From an uncultured Nitrososphaerales archaeon (lineage in GTDB: Archaea; Thermoproteota; Nitrososphaeria; Nitrososphaerales; Nitrososphaeraceae): a stretch of DNA of 32,000 nt. Of this stretch, positions 1 through 7,182 are shown in pieces. Location of the stretch: NCBI GenBank assembly GCA_963695855.1, contig CAVOHZ010000010.1, positions 1,497,150-1,529,149 on the forward strand, in the 5' to 3' direction. The position numbers were made by a program, and so were the translations under genes. The stretch's first letter is position 1. The number at the start of each line of letters is the position of its first letter. The notes beneath the pieces are model-generated. The model saw nothing but the letters and a program-made list of their open reading frames with translations. It was not told where the DNA came from and made no database searches.

Positions 1-208
1 GAAAAGTAGGACATCCATTGATTGGCGTACTGCCCTGAATCTACCTGTTTCTTCCTGCGGTAATATGTCTCTACTGATATCTGCTTTCCAAGTCTGGCAT
101 GTATGTATGTATGCTAAGGCTTCTTTCTCAGATAAACCGTAATTTACGGTATCCGCTACCAATGGCATAAGTATTTGTTTCTCTTTGGCTGTGAAACTTC
201 CTCCCATT
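1..208 (-). pseudogene. 5' part of the HTH/putative small-terminase-like gene (homolog of 28268-28723), frameshifted; runs off the window
   Basis: Reverse-strand translation from the ATG at 208-206 gives MGGSFTAKEKQILMPLVADTVNYGLSEKEALAYI, against copy B MGGSFKNRESQILMPLVADCVNYGLSEPEALAYI. After the GTAT x3 run at 101-112, the homologous reading (ARLGKQISVETYYRRKKQVDSGQYANQWMSY vs TRLGRTISPGTYYNRKKKVDSGEYANQWMSY) continues in a different frame. This stretch is 94 nt here and 90 nt in copy B. Confidence 0.6.
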
Positions 209-248
209 TACTTCGTCTGCACCTCGTACCTTGACAAATTAACTGTTA

Positions 249-1331
249 TCATTTTTTATTTAAATATTCAATCAGTTTTTCCCTACGCATTGGCGGGATT
301 TGTTTGTTCGCTGCAATCTGTAACGCTCTCTTTATTCTGTGGTTGTAATTGACTGATCTATCCAACTTTTCCATTTCATTGCATTTGTCTAACCACTCTC
401 TAATTATTTTAAATGATTTCTCAAATTCCTTTTTCTTGACTACTATAAGGTAAGGTGCTAAGACAAGATCAATCGTTCGCTTTCTGCAATCTTTAATTGG
501 TGCATTTAATAACTTTTCAATCCATTCATAATAATTTGAATCAAATAAATTATTTGGTTTACGATTTTTCCATATTTTTTCATCTTCTAATCTTTTGTTT
601 AATTTCTTCTTGATTAGATAACCTTGGAATTCTATTATTAACGCCTTGGTTACTCTGGGCCTTATACCATTCCACTTCTGCAATATCTTAACCTGTTTAT
701 TACGTTTGTAGTTTATGGAGCCTGGGATCCTTAACAAGCAGGACCTAAAAGAAGGATTGTGTGACTTGTCCGCTTTACCATTCGATAGAAAATCTTTATA
801 GAATCTTAGGAATTGTTCAGAAGGCTTATCGCCGTATTCGTTGAATTCCTTGATTCCCTCCAAGGCGGGACATTCTACTGGCTGTATTACATGGTATCCG
901 CCCCCGCTGTGTAGGACCGTAGGGCTAGCCGAATCGCCTAACCATTCTTTGATATTCTTCAAGGTTCTATCAAGTGCAACCCGTAAACTTTTACAAGATT
1001 TGAAACCTTGTAAATCTAAATCTATGAATATTAAATCAGGTTTCCAGAATAAACCCCCTGTTTTCAGGTCCGAATAGTAAAAGGCGTTAATTCTGCAATC
1101 TTCATAATTGGATTCTTTAAAGTAGTCTAACGCTTGTTCTTTCGAATTAACTTCTTTCTGCACCATTGTTTTAGGAGTCATTATGGTTCTTGGGAATACT
1201 GGACTCGAAAAATGGGATAAAAGAAAGTCTAAACCCTGTGAAGGTGTGAAGGGTGTGAAGGCCCCTAGGATAGGGGGGTAGGTGTTTTTAGAACTTTTTT
1301 GTTCTATTTTTGCAGCAGAAGCAGTGGTCAT
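249..1331 (-). CDS. Archaeo-eukaryotic primase-polymerase (PrimPol/AEP) family replication protein, copy A
   Basis: 360-aa ORF. AEP motifs are present: DLIFIDLDL (DxD), HSGGGYHV (sGxGxH) and RIPGSIN. The helical C-terminal region resembles a primase C-terminal domain. The start overlaps the upstream stop as ATGA. Homolog of 27087-28208. Confidence 0.75.
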   Translation of the reverse strand: MTTASAAKIEQKSSKNTYPPILGAFTPFTPSQGLDFLLSHFSSPVFPRTIMTPKTMVQKEVNSKEQALDYFKESNYEDCRINAFYYSDLKTGGLFWKPDLIFIDLDLQGFKSCKSLRVALDRTLKNIKEWLGDSASPTVLHSGGGYHVIQPVECPALEGIKEFNEYGDKPSEQFLRFYKDFLSNGKADKSHNPSFRSCLLRIPGSINYKRNKQVKILQKWNGIRPRVTKALIIEFQGYLIKKKLNKRLEDEKIWKNRKPNNLFDSNYYEWIEKLLNAPIKDCRKRTIDLVLAPYLIVVKKKEFEKSFKIIREWLDKCNEMEKLDRSVNYNHRIKRALQIAANKQIPPMRREKLIEYLNKK

Positions 1332-1696
1332 TCCCAGGGATTCCCCCTAGGTACCAGTTGTGATTTACGCCAAGGTTTTTCATTTACAACAATAAATAAT
1401 TCTGTTCTGTTTAAGTCTTCGATATACTGCAGGGATGGATGTAACGGTTGTTTAGGGTGATTGCTATGACAGTGTCTATTGTAATCGTATAGGGTTATGA
1501 ACTCACTATTGAAACTTGGACAGTTTTGATGGTGACACCTTAACCTTTTACCTTCCTTCAAGTGTTCAAGAATCTTTTGTCTGTTCTCAGAATCAAGATA
1601 ACCATAACTAAAGAATGAAGGTGCTCCTGCTTCCCTTTCCCTTGCAGATAATTCCTTCTTTTGCTTGGGTGTTAGTGTCAACGTAGGATTTACCAA
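1328..1696 (-). CDS. C2H2-type zinc-finger protein of the element replication operon, copy A
   Basis: 122-aa ORF with CHHQNCPSFNSEFITLYDYNRHCHSNH (Cys/His-rich zinc-binding pattern; C2H2-type assignment tentative). Highly similar to 26480-26845. TTG start. Confidence 0.6.
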   Translation of the reverse strand: MVNPTLTLTPKQKKELSAREREAGAPSFFSYGYLDSENRQKILEHLKEGKRLRCHHQNCPSFNSEFITLYDYNRHCHSNHPKQPLHPSLQYIEDLNRTELFIVVNEKPWRKSQLVPRGNPWE

Positions 1697-1870
1697 GGTG
1701 GACTACCCTCCCGCCATTCGCCTTTCTCCCCAAATTGATAGTGTATCTCATCCGCCGCTTCGGCTCCCTCGTCACTTTTTTCAAAATCAGGGGTACCCCC
1801 TTCCTCAGATGTCTTCACACTATTCACGCCTTCACCTTCCTCTTCGGGCTCTGATTCTGACTCTTCATCA

Positions 1871-3640
1871 TCATCTTCTGATTCTTCTGATGATGATTGA
1901 GTATGATTGAGTAGTTGTTGTTGTTATTTCCTTAACAATTATTCTGGTTTTATCATTCTCTATATCCGACTTTACCAGTTCCTTAATTACGGTACGGTCA
2001 AATACCAAGATGTTTCCTTTATCGCCATGCTTTATACTTGCACCAAAGCAATCACAAACCATGCCGGATATCGTTGTCCTGTATAAAGTCCCATAATCGT
2101 CTGTATGAAATTCATTAGGCTTATGCAGGTCTGGCAGTCCTGGAATCTCGTTGATTATTGCCTTCCAAAAGTCTAGAGAAGATACTTGATTCGTATTCTC
2201 GGTTAATTTATCAATTATTGGCAGTAGAACGGATTCGATTGATGATTGTTTTTTATTATTCTTGATGTCCAAAAATGTTTGGAGCGTCTCAACTACTTCA
2301 TTCTGACATTTGCATCCATGAAAGAGTTGGACGCAGTATTTTACAAGTTGCCTATCCCTTCCTTCAACTCCTATATCTAAATCTGGAATCATCTCCTTGA
2401 AATGCATTAATCTGTAAACCAGCAACAACTTTCGAAAGTTCATAATCTCCTGCAGCAATCTCTTATTATCGGGTCCGCCTGTGTTAGTAGGATTCAGGAC
2501 TTCCAGGATATCATGTTTTATACTTCCCTTGAAACAGTTGATAGAAAAGATTCTCGAATTAACACCTTTTGCAATTGATTGATTCAGTGACCTTTCAGAT
2601 ATAATTATTTTAGGACAGTATGTAAAGTGGCGTTCAGATTTTGATGTGTATTGGTTGATTTTAGGAGTCCATCCTCCATATGAGAAACCCGTCTTCAATA
2701 CTGCCATTAATTCAGGCGACTTGTCTATCTTGTCAGCCTCTTCCAGTACCATGGTACACTGCATAGACTCCACCATTCCTAGCGATCTAAATAAGTTGGG
2801 TGCGCTTGGGTCTGTCATTACTGCGGCCCTATACGCTAACCCCCTAAGTGTCTCTGCAATAGACGTCTTACCGCTTCCATTACCACCAACCAGATAAAGA
2901 TAATGAGTTGTTGAGAACCTATCTTGAAAGTGTGAGGTGATTATGTTTATTGCTATTAATTTTAATTTGTGTGGTAACTGGTTGTTATATCTAGAAACTA
3001 TTTTGTAACATGTCTTATAGAGATAATCTCGGTCTATGTCGTTATCTTCAATGAACCTGGCGATACCGTTAATCTCATCCAGACTATCAAATTCATAAGG
3101 TAAGTGTGGACATTCTTCTATTGCCGGAGGTACTAGGATTCTAGTGGCCTCTTCTATCTTATCAATTCCTTCAAATGTTCCTGTATTATTGTTGAATCTT
3201 ATGTATGTCGCGAATCCTGCAATAAACACAGATTCATGCAGTTCACCTCTTCCCATCTCGGAGTATTTGAAAGTTGAAATGAGTTGCTTTGGTTTTTCTT
3301 CGTCTTCCTCTTGTGTCTGTTCTTTAGACTTATTATTACTAGTGTTATTAGGAGATGTTAAAATATCCTCATTATCGTTCAGGAATCTGTAAAATATTGA
3401 CCTCTGTGTCTTATCGGTGTACCCATATACCTGGGCTTGGTCCCACACTATCTTGATATTACGTGGCCAATCATCTATTATCGGTGTAAATACTATATCG
3501 GCGTTTATCTTTCCATTTAATGATATTTTTACACGGTTTCTATCAGGATAATAAAACCCCTCTTTAATCAATTCGCTATTCTTGACTTCTGGACTTTGCT
3601 TTAATTCTCTAACGTTATTATTTTCTTCGTTGGTAGTCAA
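1871..3640 (-). CDS. P-loop NTPase, candidate replicative helicase, copy A; C-terminal acidic tail lost by frameshift
   Basis: 589-aa ORF. Walker A is LVGGNGSGKTS and Walker B is TMVLEEADK. About 84% identity to copy B over an 86-aa stretch aligned by hand. The acidic tail present in copy B is still encoded at 1690-1893, but out of frame behind a 10-bp tandem duplication. Confidence 0.65.
   Translation of the reverse strand: MTTNEENNNVRELKQSPEVKNSELIKEGFYYPDRNRVKISLNGKINADIVFTPIIDDWPRNIKIVWDQAQVYGYTDKTQRSIFYRFLNDNEDILTSPNNTSNNKSKEQTQEEDEEKPKQLISTFKYSEMGRGELHESVFIAGFATYIRFNNNTGTFEGIDKIEEATRILVPPAIEECPHLPYEFDSLDEINGIARFIEDNDIDRDYLYKTCYKIVSRYNNQLPHKLKLIAINIITSHFQDRFSTTHYLYLVGGNGSGKTSIAETLRGLAYRAAVMTDPSAPNLFRSLGMVESMQCTMVLEEADKIDKSPELMAVLKTGFSYGGWTPKINQYTSKSERHFTYCPKIIISERSLNQSIAKGVNSRIFSINCFKGSIKHDILEVLNPTNTGGPDNKRLLQEIMNFRKLLLVYRLMHFKEMIPDLDIGVEGRDRQLVKYCVQLFHGCKCQNEVVETLQTFLDIKNNKKQSSIESVLLPIIDKLTENTNQVSSLDFWKAIINEIPGLPDLHKPNEFHTDDYGTLYRTTISGMVCDCFGASIKHGDKGNILVFDRTVIKELVKSDIENDKTRIIVKEITTTTTQSYSIIIRRIRR
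1894..1913. repeat. 10-bp tandem duplication (TGATTGAGTA x2) causing the ATPase frameshift
   Basis: Read directly from the sequence: tgattgagta tgattgagta. Removing one unit restores ...TTTTTQSSSEESEDDDEESESEPEEEGEGVNSVKTSEEGGTPDFEKSDEGAEAADEIHYQFGEKGEWREGSPPW*, which is homologous to the copy B tail. Confidence 0.8.
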
Positions 3641-3894
3641 CTGAAAAACACCCCTTCTAGTAGCGCTTTACCAGACATGATTTCGTAATTGTACTTTATT
3701 CCGCTATCTTTACAAACCCAACACGGACATTTGGACCTGGTAATTATTGTCTTTCTACTACCATTGTTAGTTTCTTGTGTAAACTGACTTACTTTAGGTA
3801 AGTTTAATAAATTGTTTTGGGTATCAATAATCACAAGTTCGCCATTACTCGTTTGTCCACTGGATTTCTTGCCAGTGGCCTTTTTTATCCTCAA
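3637..3894 (-). CDS. Small Cys-rich (CPCWVC) protein, first gene of the replication operon, copy A
   Basis: 85-aa ORF. The C-terminal RSKCPCWVCKDSGIKYNYE...EGVFF is conserved with 24307-24525. TTG start preceded by GGAGGG. The stop overlaps the ATPase start (TTGA). Confidence 0.5.
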   Translation of the reverse strand: MRIKKATGKKSSGQTSNGELVIIDTQNNLLNLPKVSQFTQETNNGSRKTIITRSKCPCWVCKDSGIKYNYEIMSGKALLEGVFFS

Positions 3895-4030
3895 ATTTTG
3901 TTACGCCCTCCGACCGATAATATTATGTCTAACAGTGTACCTAATCATCGGTTGACCTAGGACCAGCAGAGCCAACGATAATCCTAGGCCGCCGGAGGGG
4001 GTGCTAGCGTAATAAATTCGCAAATATTTG

Positions 4031-4060
4031 CATTTTTTGACATTTTTTGACATTTTTTGA
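4031..4060. repeat. Three perfect 10-bp direct repeats (CATTTTTTGA x3) next to the palindrome GCAAATATTTGC (4020-4031)
   Basis: Read directly from the sequence. Copy B carries a diverged 10-bp-phased array at the equivalent position (24152-24194). Confidence 0.85.
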
Positions 4061-4209
4061 CGAACAATTGCAGCACAATCGCAAAATACAGTACAAACCT
4101 TTAAAGGTGAATTTTTACTATCTTTCATTGACGTTCACTTCTGGTAGCGGTGCCGGTTGCTGTCGTCGTCCGTTGTTGCTGTCGTGCGTTCGCTTCGAAT
4201 CACGATATT

Positions 4210-4240
4210 GGCTTTGGCCGAGGTAATGGGCGGCCAAGCC
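4210..4240. other. Conserved stem-loop, copy A (10-bp stem with one A bulge; loop contains CCATTACC)
   Basis: In element orientation: GGCTTGGCCG-CCCATTACCT-CGGCCAAAGCC. The copy B counterpart (23967-24000) keeps the loop and the pairing despite four base-pair substitutions. Confidence 0.6.
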
Positions 4241-4270
4241 TTCTTTTAATAATATTATCATCCTTTACTT

Positions 4271-4444
4271 TCAGTCTCCAATGGTTTTGATGTTTTCTCT
4301 AAAAGTTGGAGTTACAACATCATTCAAACTATCCTATGATGTTCCCATGTTTCTGAGTCTTTGAAAATTTATATCGTCTACAAGTATGTGATGCGTTTTT
4401 TTATTATGTTTTGTTTGTTGAGAAGTAGTAATAATCGTACTCAT
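4271..4444 (-). pseudogene. RHH-like small gene of element copy A, interrupted by an in-frame TAG
   Basis: The reverse strand reads MSTIITTSQQTKHNKKTHHILVDDINFQRLRNMGTS*DSLNDVV..., aligning with copy B ...RYWHILVSDENRKKLKMHGMAGDSFNDVISKLL. The TAG (rc of 4334-4336) sits where copy B has Gly. Confidence 0.55.
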
Positions 4445-4785
4445 AGTTAAAAATATTAAGAAGTAACTTACTTATTAATTATAGTTTTTGATTGATTTTT
4501 TGTCTATTTACCCATGTTAGGGGTACAAATTTCAGTCACAATCTATAAATACGGAACAACCAAAGAACTGCTAAATGAGAACATAAACCAAGACGGCTCC
4601 TAACTTACCATGATAAGAACATAGGAAACATATCCTAACAAAATAAACAATAATAACATAAGAAAAATAATCTCTTGCTCACAATTTAATGTCAAACTTT
4701 TAATGTAGACTATTGGTTTACTAAAAGCGCCAAAAAAAATGTTAGCAAAAAAGATAATTGATTAAAAGATATATAATATGTTTTA

Positions 4786-5172
4786 TTATAGGTGAAGTAA
4801 AGTATCAACTGGTTGGATGGAGATCACACCAATCTTTTTTTCACTCTTGTCATTTATATGTTTAAGTTTTTGTACTAACTCCTCTAGAATATCTGACTGT
4901 GCTATGGTTACTATAGTCTTGCGATTTGAGGATATAGTAGCAGTTTGTCCTCCTGCTTTTCCTGACCTTATTTTTTGCTTGGACTGTCCATAACCATGCG
5001 AGTCATATAATGTGGCCTCTAAGTTTAAACTCTCAATTCCTGAAATTATTTCATCAACTTGTTCGGGACTAGCAAAAATTTCTATCTTTTTTAAACCTGC
5101 TTTAATTTTATTTTCATCTGTCTTTTCAGATTTGTCTATTTCGAAAGGTAAAACAGCTTTTTTATCTGTCAT
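4786..5172 (-). CDS. PII-like (GlnB-fold) small signalling protein with an N-terminal extension
   Basis: 128-aa ORF. The pattern KKIEIFASPEQVDEIISGIESLNLEATLYDSHGYGQSK...(loop)...KTIVTIAQSDILEELVQKLKHI...KKIGVISIQPVDTLLHL resembles the beta-alpha-beta / T-loop / beta-alpha-beta layout of PII proteins. Recognised by eye only. Confidence 0.45.
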   Translation of the reverse strand: MTDKKAVLPFEIDKSEKTDENKIKAGLKKIEIFASPEQVDEIISGIESLNLEATLYDSHGYGQSKQKIRSGKAGGQTATISSNRKTIVTIAQSDILEELVQKLKHINDKSEKKIGVISIQPVDTLLHL

Positions 5173-6288
5173 TATAAAAATATATAATTACAATCTAAAT
5201 AAAGTATTTGTTTATAAAATTTTTCATATTTTTTGTACCCCTCACAGCGGTTACTTGGATATTGCTACTCGTTAAAATTTATTATTCTAGTTATCAGCAG
5301 ATTTCCATATAACTTGAATACTTTGTCATGATTTCATTAAATTCCGTCTATCTATCAATAACAAGAAAACCCATCATTTCTCTAGTATTAGTATATATAG
5401 AAATGCACGTCTAAAAATAATTTATAATTCTAGATTTAAAAACAGTTCTTTTACTTCTTCTAGTTGCTTATGGCGTGTTTCGACCAAACTCAATCCTCAA
5501 TGCTATATTTATCAAGGATATCTAAATTCTTAATCATATTAATCCAGTCCTGACTTATCGTGAAAAAATTAAACGGATCCAATATGTATTTTTTTATTTA
5601 TCGATTAGTCACATCCAACGCAGACGACGAGGATATATTGCTTAAGGAAAGTATTGCCGAGTTTTAATCATACCAGTTTGTGAATGTTCTATCTCCGTAA
5701 ATTTTCGGCAGCAAAAAATTGTCAATATATTCAGAATAACAAATACCGGAAAACCACAAGTATTTCACATCCTGTTTTCAGTATATTTCTCTATATTGTT
5801 GTTAATTAATATTCTACAGTTCTTGTTTCCATTTTTCAACTTTGGGTATTTACTATTATTGTGATTTTACCTCTCAACTCAAAACTAACTATTTTTTTGT
5901 CATTTTATTTATTGTTGCTACTTTTGATAATAGTAATAATAATTTCTTTCGTTATTTTTCTACTAGAACTCTAACAACCCTACAATTATGTCGTCAAATC
6001 AATCTAGGTTACGATGCCTCTCACTATGTCTTCTTAACCATTGAGTCTCTTCATTTAACTGGATTAATCTGATTTCTTTAGTACTAATAGCAGATATATG
6101 TTAATAGTACTGATTGTATTAGGTATATTTTTTATTTTTAGGAAATCATTTCTTATTCTTATTATCTATATATAGTCAAGATAATTAATTACTGTGATTC
6201 ATACACCTAAATATTTTCTATATCATGATTACTAAGACAAACCCAGCTAAAATTTTTATACATTGATCAAGCAAGAAAAGAGGATTAT

Positions 6289-6666
6289 ATGTACATAAAA
6301 AAGATTTTGACTTTGAGTATAATAATGACAAGCATGCTATTCACTGGTATTTTATCGAATCCAACAACGGTTGCGATCGCTCAGCAACAAGAATCAGTAA
6401 CAATTACGCAGGGTGCAGCTGATGAAGGCAATCTCGAGCCATTTTTGCCACGTGCAGTTAATGTTATGCCAGGAAGCATAGTTTCATGGACAAATGAGGA
6501 TTCTATACCACACACGGTAACTGCTGGAGGAACTGGTGAACCACTATTTCACTCAGGTCCTATTTCTCCTGGAATGACATGGGATAATCGGTTTGATTCT
6601 ACAGGGACATTCGGTTATCATTGTTCGATACATCCATGGATGATGGGGAGGGTTATGGTTGGGTAA
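6289..6666 (+). CDS. Secreted or membrane-anchored plastocyanin-like blue copper protein (cupredoxin)
   Basis: 125-aa ORF with a hydrophobic N-terminus. Type-1 copper ligand pattern: HTVTAG ... YHCSIHPWMMG (His, Cys-x2-His-x3/4-Met). Confidence 0.8.
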   Translation: MYIKKILTLSIIMTSMLFTGILSNPTTVAIAQQQESVTITQGAADEGNLEPFLPRAVNVMPGSIVSWTNEDSIPHTVTAGGTGEPLFHSGPISPGMTWDNRFDSTGTFGYHCSIHPWMMGRVMVG

Positions 6667-7182
6667 TAATTAATCATTCTTTTTGCGCAAGTAATCTAAT
6701 GCTTTATCCTTATTTTTTTAGGGTTTCAAGTTCCTGTTAATTTTCCTATTTTTTTGGATTCTATGTTAGACGTTTTATCCTTATCAATATGTTCCTTAAT
6801 TGAGGATAACACTGGATTGAACTATAAAATCTTGCAAAAGCCGGGTATCGATTAGATATGGACCAAGTTATCAAGATAAAGAACAAATCTATAGCAAGCT
6901 GTAAGAGGAAGTTAAAATAGTGAAACTCGACTCTATAATTTTAATGTTTAACTATCTACTTTATTTTAATTAATTATTCTATTTTTTTTATTTTCAATAT
7001 CTATGCATCCAAAATTAAGTGTCTAAAACTATTTGATTTAAGGTAATAGTAGTATTCCCACTGTTGAATAAGAGTAAAAGTCTAAGTTTATGTCTATATA
7101 TGTTAACAAAATTAAAAATTGAAAATAATAAATTAATTGATTAATATATTATTCTATGTTTTTGATGCATCTTCATTTGGAT

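Larger units (their letters stand above)
3895..4270 (-). promoter_or_regulatory. Non-coding control region of element copy A (candidate origin/promoter region)
   Basis: GC-rich island in an AT-rich genome. Similarity to copy B is patchy at the nucleotide level: a stem-loop, AGTGAACGNCAATGNAAGATAGTAAAAATTC, 10-bp repeats, GCTAGCAYCCCCTCCG, and GGAGGGYGTAAC. Divergent sequence lies between these blocks, which is not a coding pattern. Confidence 0.5.
1..4545 (-). mobile_element. Integrated virus-like element, copy A (inverted; continues past the left window edge)
   Basis: Gene-for-gene colinear on the reverse strand with 23655-32000: RHH gene, non-coding control region, small Cys protein, P-loop ATPase, C2H2 protein, PrimPol, TerS-like gene. 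Visibly less AT-rich than the 4.5-23.6 kb core. The inner boundary is placed where similarity to copy B stops (shared GAAATTTGTACCC block, 4511-4533 rc vs 23662-23684). Confidence 0.75.

Noticed and set aside
841-3392. Plus-strand ORFs 841-1077, 1665-1910, 2646-2897 and 3144-3392
   Set aside because: All are antisense to long, motif-bearing minus-strand genes of element copy A. 1665-1910 is antisense to the orphaned acidic tail.
3901-4128. 75-aa ORFs in the control regions (3901-4128 minus; 24083-24310 plus), which share the start MKDSKNS/MEDSKNS
   Set aside because: Conservation between the copies comes in short nucleotide blocks separated by unrelated sequence and indels, and the predicted proteins are otherwise dissimilar. 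The region contains iterons, a palindrome and a hairpin. A regulatory or origin interpretation is preferred, though a short leader peptide cannot be excluded.
4130-4205. Possible tRNA or att-site tRNA fragment, suggested by TTCGAATC (4194-4201) in a GC-rich patch
   Set aside because: No acceptor, D or anticodon arms can be drawn, and the T-stem does not pair. The equivalent tract in copy B has a different sequence.
5222-5235. 14-nt identity TTTCATATTTTTTG at 5222-5235 and 23534-23547, considered as a possible attB/att remnant near both element ends
   Set aside because: A/T-rich 14-mers are expected to recur by chance several times in a window of this composition. No extended similarity surrounds them.
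5012-6072. ORFs 5012-5275 (plus) and 5842-6072 (plus)
   Set aside because: The first is antisense to the PII-like gene and runs into its promoter region. The second is a low-complexity AT-rich reading with no start context or motifs.
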